In this document: one piece after another, positions 30,686 to 38,841 of the stretch
How positions within the stretch are numbered: position 1 is the first letter of the stretch
Layout of the letters: each line of letters begins with the position of its first letter
Assembly (NCBI GenBank): GCA_049517415.1
Contig: JBEKSC010000010.1
Coordinates: 19,661-83,660 of the forward strand
Direction: 5' to 3'
DNA length: 64,000 nt
DNA from: Candidatus Bathyarchaeia archaeon
GTDB taxonomy: Archaea > Thermoproteota > Bathyarchaeia > 40CM-2-53-6
Notes under the pieces: generated by a model
What the model was told of the DNA's origin: nothing
What the model saw: only the letters and a program-made list of their open reading frames with translations
Database searches by the model: none
Translations under genes and position numbers: made by a program

Positions 30686-31894
30686 GTGTTGCAAGAGGTC
30701 ATGCGGGCATCGAGACGAGGGCAGGCGGTCGAATATGCAATTCGCGATATTATGGTTAAGGCAGAGGAAGTTAGGCGAACCGGAAAGAAGATTCTTTACT
30801 TAAACATAGGCGACCCCGTCAAATACGGTTTTGATACACCCACCCACATTAGAAATGCGTTGAAGAAAGCTGTTGATGCAGGCTCAAATTACTACGCCGC
30901 ATCAGAGGGAGTGAAAGAGCTTCGTGAAGCGGTAGCCGAGAAAGAAAATTCAATAAACGGGGCTCATGTTGACCCGCGCAATGTTATGATCACTCAGGGA
31001 ATTTCGGAAGCAATCTCTTTCCTCATGGGTGCGATCGTCAACCCTGGCGATGAAGTACTCCTTCCGGGACCTTCTTACTCTCCTTACATGACCTACGTTA
31101 AGTTCTTCGAGGGAAAACCAGTCCCATACAGAACTATCGAAGATAGAGGGTGGGCACCTGACCTATCAGATCTAGAGAGTAAGTTAACGGCACGGACACG
31201 GCTTATCGTCATTATCAACCCGAACAATCCCACTGGCTCAGTTTACTCAAGGACTGAATTGTCACGAATCCTAGAAATCGCTGCTTCCCACCATATACCG
31301 GTGGCGGCCGACGAAATATACGACAGACTTGTTTACGACGGCGGGTTCACGAGCGTGGCCTCAATTGCCAAAGAGGTTCCACTTTTCGGATTGAATGGTT
31401 TTTCGAAAACGTATATGATGACGGGTTGGCGGCTAGGATACTTGTACCTTCAAGACCCGGGAGATGAAATGAAGGATGTTTGGGATGCAGTGCAAAGAAT
31501 ATCACGTGTACGATTGTGCGCAAGCACGCCTATTCAATTCGCGGGAATAGAGGCACTCCGAGGGCCTCAAGGGCACATAAACGAAATGGTATCGAAACTA
31601 AAACGGCGCCGCGATTTATTCTGGAAACGCGCAAACGAAATTCCCGGACTATTCGCAGCCAAACCGGCAGGCGCATTCTACCTTTTCCCTAGGATCAAGG
31701 CGATAGGTCAGAAATGGAAAAATGATTATGAATTCGTCACTGAACTTCTAAAGGAAACAGGGGTCTTGGTAGTTCACGGGTCGGGATTCGACCCAATGTA
31801 CGGCAAAGACCACTTCAGAGTGGTATTCCTCCCCGACGAGGCAATCCTAACCGAAGCCTTCGACGCAATTGAGGATTTCATGAACCGGCACTGA
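30686..31894 (+). CDS. Class I/II PLP aminotransferase, alanine aminotransferase (AlaA-like)
   Basis: YAIRDI, LYLNIGDP, INPNNPTG, ADEIYD, NGFSKTYMMTGWRLGY, HFRVVFLP. Confidence 0.88.
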   Translation: MLQEVMRASRRGQAVEYAIRDIMVKAEEVRRTGKKILYLNIGDPVKYGFDTPTHIRNALKKAVDAGSNYYAASEGVKELREAVAEKENSINGAHVDPRNVMITQGISEAISFLMGAIVNPGDEVLLPGPSYSPYMTYVKFFEGKPVPYRTIEDRGWAPDLSDLESKLTARTRLIVIINPNNPTGSVYSRTELSRILEIAASHHIPVAADEIYDRLVYDGGFTSVASIAKEVPLFGLNGFSKTYMMTGWRLGYLYLQDPGDEMKDVWDAVQRISRVRLCASTPIQFAGIEALRGPQGHINEMVSKLKRRRDLFWKRANEIPGLFAAKPAGAFYLFPRIKAIGQKWKNDYEFVTELLKETGVLVVHGSGFDPMYGKDHFRVVFLPDEAILTEAFDAIEDFMNRH

Positions 31895-31950
31895 CTAAAT
31901 CCTGTAAAGGTTTAATTTGAGTCTAAAACAAGGAGCGTAGGTTTCAAACC

Positions 31951-32127
31951 ATGTCTGAGGGAAACGAACAACAGCCTGCGGGAATAATGTACGAATGTAT
32001 AAGCTGCGGGCAGCACCTAACGGCGGATCAACTGGCTATGACACCAGAAATCAAGTGCCCATTCTGCGGTTACCGTGTCCTCCGAAAAGCTCGGCCCCCG
32101 ATAGTCAAGCGAGTAAAAGCACGCTAA
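31951..32127 (+). CDS. rpo12: DNA-directed RNA polymerase subunit Rpo12 (RpoP)
   Basis: Below the ORF-track cutoff: MSEGNEQQPAGIMYECISCGQHLTADQLAMTPEIKCPFCGYRVLRKARPPIVKRVKAR; TTTAAT TATA box upstream. Confidence 0.95.
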   Translation: MSEGNEQQPAGIMYECISCGQHLTADQLAMTPEIKCPFCGYRVLRKARPPIVKRVKAR

Positions 32128-32139
32128 CTCTTCACCAGC

Positions 32140-32415
32140 TTAGTCGTTGAACGTAGAGCAACTAGGTTCCTCAGAGATCGGACTGGGTAAGGTCTGCGAC
32201 CTGTCGCATGCTGGGTAGAATGCTAGCGGGGCGCTCATGAGGCCTCCACAAAAACTACATTTCGTGTGCGCAAGTTTTTCCCGTGACGGCTTGCATTCCA
32301 CGGCTCCCTTTTTCTCGTATCGCTTGCCGATGAAGACCGCGGGTTCAAGTAGGATAACCACAGGAACGAATAATGCTATTTTTGGGAATGGCTGACGCTC
32401 AGGTTCCTGGCACAA
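32140..32415 (-). pseudogene. Degenerate membrane protein remnant with zinc-ribbon tail
   Basis: Hydrophobic segment, then CSFCGG...FYPACDRSQ; the third Cys is replaced by Tyr relative to the zinc ribbons elsewhere in the window. Confidence 0.35.
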
Positions 32416-32506
32416 GAAATGGTAAGATTGGTTGAGATTAGCTTTCTGGCAGCGACTATAGCACTGACTCTCGATGCCCTAGGGCAACCAAAGTTTTCTT
32501 CCAGAG

Positions 32507-32788
32507 TTACTTGGCGCTACGGTCGGCGATTTCTTTAGCTATCTCTTCCTTAGTCTTTCCCTCAGTTACAATGCCTAAGCTCTTTCCCGCTACGATTAGG
32601 GGGTCTGCGCTTGCCTCAATTGTGGTCGTCGTGGCGGTAGGCGTATTCATTTCCTTGGCAGCCTTGTCAAACTCCTTCTTTGCAAGGCCTATGGATTTTG
32701 CCAGTTCAGGTAGCTTCTGCGGTCCCCATAGAAATACCACTAGGAGAATACCTACGATTACGAGCCACTCGTAACCAATTAGAGCCAT
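32507..32788 (-). CDS. tatA: Twin-arginine translocase subunit TatA/E
   Basis: IGYEWLVIVGILLVVFLWGPQKLPELAKSIGLAKKEF. Confidence 0.92.
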   Translation of the reverse strand: MALIGYEWLVIVGILLVVFLWGPQKLPELAKSIGLAKKEFDKAAKEMNTPTATTTTIEASADPLIVAGKSLGIVTEGKTKEEIAKEIADRSAK

Positions 32789-32915
32789 CCATCTTCACAC
32801 TCGGGATTGCCATGTCGCCCAATATAAGACTGACGCGTGATTGATGCAGATTTCCGCCTTTTCTCGCGAAGAATGAAATATTCCAATTACAAGGCCATGG
32901 CAAAGACTATTGTGT

Positions 32916-33992
32916 TTATTGTGTCTGGTTTCGATTCGGTCGATCCGAGGTTGGACCTATCACTTTGTACCCATAATGGTATGCGGCTATTCCTGCTACT
33001 GGAAGGTCAAGCCAAAAAGTTACAATCCTTGACAGGAGTGCTGCTGAGGCTGCGACGGCAACGGGGACTCCGAACAAAGACAGCGAGGCAGTGATTGCGG
33101 TCTCATATATCCCAAGCATTCCAGGAACCGCAATAGGCGTCATCTGAATCATTTCACCAATTGCCCCGGTAACTAGCACGACCCAGAGGGAAACAGAAGA
33201 GCCGACGGCTACGAGAACAACCCAGAGTATCAACACTGAGCACGCCCAGTCACCTAGACATGCGGCGAACGAGGTCGCAATAAGCATCCTTGAAGAGAGC
33301 ATCCGACGAAAGGTCGTGTGATAATCCTCCAAGAATTCGCCCGCCTTCCCGTTCATTCTTGCTTGTTTTTGTAGAATTTTGAGTACGGGCTGAACCAGTC
33401 TTAGAACACGGTCCAAGAGTGGTTGCATTATCTTCGGATTCAGGGAAAGAAAGAGTGAGGCGATTAGCCCTGCCACTGCAAGTAGTGGTACTGCTGCTAG
33501 TTGAAAAACTATTGAAGTCGTTACACGGCCTCCAAAGATAAGGACCACGAAGGCAAGGGATGTGGTTGCTAGAAAACCGACGATGTAGAGAACTCGGTGC
33601 AGGATAACCGTGGCAGTGGATTCTCCTAGTGTCATTCCAGACTCCTTCGAGGCCAAGATGCATCTTACTGCTTCAAGGAAGATACCGCTCGGCATAGTGT
33701 AGCTCGCAAAAATGCTCGCGAACGTAATTCCTTGGCAAGTTAGAAACGGAAGTCTAGCATCCGTAGATCGGATTAGGGCATACCATGCAGTCGAATACAA
33801 GGCGAAGCCAAGAAGTTGGACAGTAACCATCGCTAGAATAACGATGGGGTTAACTTGGAGAAGTACGCGGACAAGGGAGTTGAGCCCGACAAAATAGATG
33901 AAAGCCACTAGAATCGATATCCCTACCGCTAAGCTGGCAAGCCTCGTGATTCTTGCTTTGTTGATGGGCTGCACCTCCGATATTGCCGACAA
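32916..33992 (-). CDS. UPF0104 / lysylphosphatidylglycerol synthase TM-like flippase
   Basis: TMPSG, PIAVPGMLGIYE, LLSRIVTFW; multiple TM segments. Confidence 0.85.
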   Translation of the reverse strand: MSAISEVQPINKARITRLASLAVGISILVAFIYFVGLNSLVRVLLQVNPIVILAMVTVQLLGFALYSTAWYALIRSTDARLPFLTCQGITFASIFASYTMPSGIFLEAVRCILASKESGMTLGESTATVILHRVLYIVGFLATTSLAFVVLIFGGRVTTSIVFQLAAVPLLAVAGLIASLFLSLNPKIMQPLLDRVLRLVQPVLKILQKQARMNGKAGEFLEDYHTTFRRMLSSRMLIATSFAACLGDWACSVLILWVVLVAVGSSVSLWVVLVTGAIGEMIQMTPIAVPGMLGIYETAITASLSLFGVPVAVAASAALLSRIVTFWLDLPVAGIAAYHYGYKVIGPTSDRPNRNQTQ

Positions 33993-34415
33993 ACTACGAG
34001 CCAGGCCAGTTGAATCCTGTAATTATCGAATTCATACTTATATTCAGTCGCAACCACCATGAATCATATTTAGCTGAGACCGATTCATTTTGAGTCTTTT
34101 CAGCGACTACGTCCTAGACGAAAAGACGTTGAGTTCACAGAACAATCTAAACAAAAGAGCAGACCGAGCGTGCGCCAGTCCTTTACTCCTATGATGAGCA
34201 TGAGCATCCCGGCGAGGGTCCGTGCTAAAAGGCGTTACATGAAGCGATTGATGTCTGATCCTTCGAGGAGGGACCAAGATCAGCTGTAAAGACTGATTCA
34301 CCATCTACGAGCCCGTCATGACGAAGCTGTCTACATTACGATGAACCCAATAACACTAAATGACTGATTGAGATTCAAGCTATTTGGCGCGATTCATTAA
34401 TCGAAGGGAAAAAGA

Positions 34416-35309
34416 GTGGCGGAAAGTTCTGAACAGACGTCTATGACAATAATGGAACACATATCGGAGCTAATCAAGCGCCTGAAGGTCGTAATCATCG
34501 TGCTTGCGGTGACATGCTCCGTCGGGTTCTTGCCATCTGACCTTCAAGGGTACTCGGATCCAATCCACCAATACCGACCAGTAGTCTCGATAATGATGCA
34601 GAAAATGAAACACGATTTTCTCCCTAAGAGTGCCACCCTCATAGCGTCAGGTCTCGTAGACACGCTTTTTGTTTACATGTACCTCACCTTGCTCATCGGT
34701 GTAGTGCTGGCTTCACCAGTTATCGCGTATGAGCTTTATGCCTATGTCAAGCCAGCTTTGTATCCAAACGAACGAAAATACATCTTGTGGTTCGTAGGGT
34801 CTTTTGTCGGGCTCTTTACTCTCGGACTTATAGTGGCCTATTTCGCGATAATACCGATTACGTTTCAAATTCTGGTATGGTTCATAACTAATGGAGGAGC
34901 AGTTCCGTTCATTGCCATAAAGGACTTCTACAACTGGATCTTCATGCTTCTTCTGGCATCTGGCATTTTCTATACCATCCCTGTTTTCATCGTACTTCTA
35001 GTGCAGTTCAGAATCATCTCGACAAAAGTTCTTTCGGGTAAGACGAAAATTGCAATCTACCTCGGGTTGTGGATGATCATTTGGACCTTCGGTCCCGATC
35101 CAACTCCAATTACCGCTACAATCATAATGCTTCCCTTTTCGGTAATCTTTGAAGTAGCTGCATTCGCAGCACGAAGAATCGAGAGAAATCGTCCAACAGC
35201 GGACACCTATGCTCCACCAAAAACTGAGCTAGGTGCAGTGGCATGCAGGTTCTGTGGCGGCAACGTCGCCTCGTCGTTCTGTGTAGCATGCGGCAAATCA
35301 CAAGTCTAG
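34416..35309 (+). CDS. tatC: Twin-arginine translocase subunit TatC with C-terminal zinc ribbon
   Basis: MTIMEHISELIKRL, SPVIAYELYAYVKPALYPNERK, GPDPTPIT; tail CRFCGGNVASSFCVACGKSQV. Confidence 0.92.
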   Translation: MAESSEQTSMTIMEHISELIKRLKVVIIVLAVTCSVGFLPSDLQGYSDPIHQYRPVVSIMMQKMKHDFLPKSATLIASGLVDTLFVYMYLTLLIGVVLASPVIAYELYAYVKPALYPNERKYILWFVGSFVGLFTLGLIVAYFAIIPITFQILVWFITNGGAVPFIAIKDFYNWIFMLLLASGIFYTIPVFIVLLVQFRIISTKVLSGKTKIAIYLGLWMIIWTFGPDPTPITATIIMLPFSVIFEVAAFAARRIERNRPTADTYAPPKTELGAVACRFCGGNVASSFCVACGKSQV

Positions 35310-35486
35310 ACAAAACGTCATTCTAGAGGTGTAGCGGTCCTGAGCCTCAGGGGGTCTTGAATCTTGAATCTAATGAGTTATCGAACCAATTGTCAAGGTG
35401 ACGGAGTTCTGCGTTTAATTTCCAGACGCCGTAGGAATTCAGCATTCTTATAGGGAACCGAACGCTGCCCATTCCTGTGAAACGAG

Positions 35487-35852
35487 TTGCCACTCTTCGG
35501 ATATGAAGGACTAATTATGGCCGCGATACTCATAACACTTTTCCTGTGGGGTCCATCGAAGATCCCCGAAATGGCCAGAGCAATAGGCCAAGCAAAGAGA
35601 GAGTTCGATAAAGCAGCCAAAGAGGTTACGTCGTTTGCGGATGTGAAGTCCATCACAACTCCTATCACAGATTCTATTAACAAAACTATCACGAGTCCAC
35701 TAACGAGCCCCCCAGTGATTAGTAAGCAGACAACACCCCAGCCTCCTCAAGACCCAGTCATAATTGCCGCGAAGAGTCTGGGCATAAGCACCCTAGGAAA
35801 GACGAAGCAAGAACTCGTAACGGAAATAACTAATCTAACTACAAAGAAGTAA
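35487..35852 (+). CDS. tatA: Twin-arginine translocase subunit TatA/E, second copy
   Basis: FGYEGLIMAAILITLFLWGPSKIPEMARAIGQAKREF. Confidence 0.9.
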   Translation: MPLFGYEGLIMAAILITLFLWGPSKIPEMARAIGQAKREFDKAAKEVTSFADVKSITTPITDSINKTITSPLTSPPVISKQTTPQPPQDPVIIAAKSLGISTLGKTKQELVTEITNLTTKK

Positions 35853-36198
35853 GAGACAGGTCGGAGGGTTTCCTGGAACATTCGGCAAATCTACATCAAA
35901 AGGAAAAGCAATTCAGGTTCCACAATAATCGATCGGTTACTGGGTTCGAGAATGCAGGAACTTCGATGGGAAGCAAGCTACGCTCTTCTAAGACAGTCAA
36001 GAATCATTCTGCGAAACGCACTGTATTAGTCTTACCCACTTGTTCTCTGCCCAAACTTTGATTTCAAGAACAAAGCGCTCTGCCATGTTGCGTATTACAC
36101 TAAATTGCCGATTCATTGAATTGAGTTCGCTCCTAGAGATGGGAGTCGTGTTATCCGGGAGTGTTGCTCTAATGCGCCGCGATCTTTCAGCCGTAAAT

Positions 36199-36609
36199 TC
36201 ATCTCTGCGCTCGGTTGCAGTTTGGGCAAAAGGTTTCATTCGGTTCAATGTAGTGGCCGCAGAACTTGCAGGTGCCACGTTGCACGAGTGAAGACGCCGG
36301 CGCAGGCGATTGCGCGGGGACGGGAGCCGGAGCGGTTACAGGAGCTTGTTGCATGATAGTAATCGGAGCGGGGGTTGGTTTGGAGACTGATGCTATGCAT
36401 AGAAGGAGACCGGTGACTCCAACGAGCCCCGAGAGGATTTGAATGAAGTTTTCCCTATCCGCATTCGTCATACTGAGAGGGATCATGGTCTGAATGATGT
36501 TATCAAGCGTGGGACTTGATGTAGCGCGTATCATGAAGCCGACGAGGAATAGGAAGAAACCCACATAGGTCAAAACAGCCCCCACGAGAAACTTCCTCAT
36601 TGCCAGCAT
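36199..36609 (-). CDS. Two-TM membrane protein with Pro/Ala linker and C-terminal zinc ribbon
   Basis: Two hydrophobic helices; CKFCGHYIEPNETFCPNCNRAQR. Confidence 0.8.
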   Translation of the reverse strand: MLAMRKFLVGAVLTYVGFFLFLVGFMIRATSSPTLDNIIQTMIPLSMTNADRENFIQILSGLVGVTGLLLCIASVSKPTPAPITIMQQAPVTAPAPVPAQSPAPASSLVQRGTCKFCGHYIEPNETFCPNCNRAQR

Positions 36610-36904
36610 ACCTCAAGCAGCCACATGCTCATTATTCCCTTTAAGTGATTTTATGATTCTCACCTCCGGTTTTGCTCGCCTCCCGCTTGTGTCTGCCTCC
36701 CCATTTTCCAGAATTTACATGGCCAGGAATTCTAACAGTGGCGGTGCTCTAAGCTCTTGCAAAGTCACTGACCTTTCTCAAAATTCTAGGCTTATATCCG
36801 CGAGCAGAGCCGTCGAAGTAGCAGAAAATCTTGCAGCGGCTTCAATCCAGCAAAGGTTTTATTCAGCCTCAAAAATACTGCTTCAGAAGGCGGCAGTTTT
36901 CATG

Positions 36905-36922
36905 GGTGATAAATTTATCGCC
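36905..36922. promoter_or_regulatory. Near-perfect palindrome overlapping an AT-rich TATA-like core upstream of cimA
   Basis: GGTGATAAATTTATCGCC (8/9 symmetric), just upstream of GTG 36936. Confidence 0.45.
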
Positions 36923-36935
36923 AAACCAAGCAGCC

Positions 36936-38606
36936 GTGTTCACCGTTAGCGAATTTTCTAAACGATCTGTTCCCGAGTTAGTCGAAGTTTACGACACCAC
37001 GCTTCGTGATGGGAATCAATCAGTAGGCGTAAACTTTACCGCAACTCAGAAGTTGCGAGTCGCCAAGACCCTAATCGAGGCTGACGTCGACTACGTCGAG
37101 GGGGGTTGGCCCAACGAAACGAACCCCACGGATATTGAGTTCTTTCGGATGGCGAAGGCGTTGGACAACACGGTGTTCTCTCGTGTTACGTCCTTCGGAA
37201 TGACTCGCCGCCCTAACACGCACCCGGCTAAGGACAAAAACCTAGAGTATCTCCTAAAATCAGGCACGGGGACCGTCACAATCTTCGGCAAATCGTGGCC
37301 CTTTCAAGTCGAGGCGATCCTTAGGACGACGCCGGATGAGAACAGGAGGATGATTCACGATTCGGTGGAATTTCTGATCTCACGTCAAAGAAGGGTCATC
37401 TACGACGCTGAGCATTTCTTTGACGGGTACAAGGCGAACCCAGAGTACGCTCTGTCCACGCTAAACGCGGCGCAAGATGCGGGAGCCTCAATGCTCGTGC
37501 TCTGTGACACTAGAGGCGGATCCTACCCATCGGAGATCTATGAGGTGATCAAGCAAGTGATTGAACAGGTCAGCGTTCCCGTAGGAATCCACGCCCATAA
37601 CGACCGTGGCCTGGCAACCGCCAACTCACTCTTCGCGGTATTGGCTGGGGCGTCTCACGTGCAGGGAACGATGAACGGCCTAGGCGAACGAGTCGGCAAC
37701 GCCGATCTCATTGAGGTCGTTGCCAATCTACACCTGATGGGCATACGCACTGAACTTCAACCATCCGAGCTTACCAACTTATCGCGTTTCGCATATGAAA
37801 TGAGCGGCTTGCGAGAAAATCCGTTTAAGCCCTTCGTAGGGAAGCATGCATTTGCTCACAAGGGAGGTGTACACGGCGACGCAGTACTCAAGGCAGAAAG
37901 GGCGTATGAGTTCTGTGACCCCGCCTCGTTCGGAAACGCCAGGACTATTACGGTTTCATCCCAGGCTGGTCGCTCAAGTCTGCTGTCCGCAGCCCGGAAA
38001 TTGGGATTCGATCTTTCGAAGAATGACAGTCGGGTGTTAGATCTCCTCAGGGAAGTCAAGTCTCTGGAGGCTTCGGGATGTAACCTTGAGTTTGCCGATG
38101 CATCTCTGGAACTTCTTTTCCTACGGACGCTGACTAAGACGCGAGACACATTTCGCGTCGTCGACTGGGAAGCTTCCGTTCAGAGCCAAGCTGGGAATTC
38201 GTCAGCGCAATGCAGACTCAGCATAGACGTCGGCCAGAAAGTGGTTGAAACTCATGCAAGCGGAAATGGGCCAGTGAATGCGCTTGATCGAGGCCTTCAA
38301 TTGGTGCTGAAGAAATCTTTCGGGTCGAGGTTCTCAGCGAGGCTTATCGGTTATCGAGTGAGAGAGATTGATTCGGAAGCGGCAACCGCGGCTAAGGTTG
38401 CGGTGTACATAGACTTTGCCGACGGTCGAAGAACTTGGACTACCGTCGCTTCTTCGACCAACATTGTGAAGGCAAGCGTAGATGCTCTAGTCGACGGCTA
38501 CGCGTACGCTCTCAGAACAGCGGGGCAGGCAACAGGACTGCAGCGAGATCCGATGCGAAAAGTTCCACTCGGAAAAGCTAGAGGAGATTCCAACGTACGA
38601 AAATGA
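36936..38606 (+). CDS. cimA: (R)-citramalate synthase, bacterial-type CimA
   Basis: YDTTLRDGNQ, EGGWP, DAEHFFDGYK, HAHND, GERVGNA, AFAHKGGVH, GNGPVNALD. Start set at GTG 36936. Confidence 0.85.
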   Translation: MFTVSEFSKRSVPELVEVYDTTLRDGNQSVGVNFTATQKLRVAKTLIEADVDYVEGGWPNETNPTDIEFFRMAKALDNTVFSRVTSFGMTRRPNTHPAKDKNLEYLLKSGTGTVTIFGKSWPFQVEAILRTTPDENRRMIHDSVEFLISRQRRVIYDAEHFFDGYKANPEYALSTLNAAQDAGASMLVLCDTRGGSYPSEIYEVIKQVIEQVSVPVGIHAHNDRGLATANSLFAVLAGASHVQGTMNGLGERVGNADLIEVVANLHLMGIRTELQPSELTNLSRFAYEMSGLRENPFKPFVGKHAFAHKGGVHGDAVLKAERAYEFCDPASFGNARTITVSSQAGRSSLLSAARKLGFDLSKNDSRVLDLLREVKSLEASGCNLEFADASLELLFLRTLTKTRDTFRVVDWEASVQSQAGNSSAQCRLSIDVGQKVVETHASGNGPVNALDRGLQLVLKKSFGSRFSARLIGYRVREIDSEAATAAKVAVYIDFADGRRTWTTVASSTNIVKASVDALVDGYAYALRTAGQATGLQRDPMRKVPLGKARGDSNVRK

Positions 38607-38742
38607 CCAATTTCAGTCGTTGGATGAGCGAAGAAACGAGGCTGATAGGTAAGTCAAGCCTGCGCGATACGCTTATTAGAATCTCTGCCGTGACGTGTTG
38701 ACTTCAAGGTCTACGAGTGCGTTGCAAAATAACCTACACCGC

Positions 38743-38793
38743 TTGACGAAAACGATTGTCCTCATTGCGCTTGTAGACGTTATTCTTCTGTAG
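38743..38793 (+). CDS. Putative ilv leader peptide (MTKTIVLIALVDVILL)
   Basis: 10 of the last 12 codons are Ile/Val/Leu; directly upstream of ilvB. In-frame alternative starts at TTG 38722 and GTG/TTG 38695/38698, downstream of CTTATTA (38672-78). Confidence 0.7.
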   Translation: MTKTIVLIALVDVILL

Positions 38794-38827
38794 CCCGTCC
38801 TCCAACACGGTTGTTCGGAGGGGCGGG
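38794..38827 (+). promoter_or_regulatory. GC-rich hairpin (about 14 bp) between the leader peptide stop and the ilvB start; candidate attenuator stem
   Basis: CCCGTCCTCCAACA-cggt-TGTTCGGAGGGGCGGG; begins immediately after TAG 38793; no poly-U tail. Confidence 0.65.
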
Positions 38828-38841
38828 GTAATCTAAAGGAA

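Noticed and set aside
34191..34370. Box C/D sRNA-like motifs (ATGATGA...CTGA; ATGACGA...CTGA) upstream of tatC
   Set aside because: Internal D'/C' boxes and guide spacing are unconvincing. The opposite strand reads like a membrane-protein remnant (AGMLMLIIGV), which would explain ATGATGA. It would need snoscan or RNA-seq support.
35997..36291. Overlapping ORFs 35997-36278 (-) and 36040-36291 (+)
   Set aside because: Both overlap the zinc-ribbon gene and lack recognisable features.
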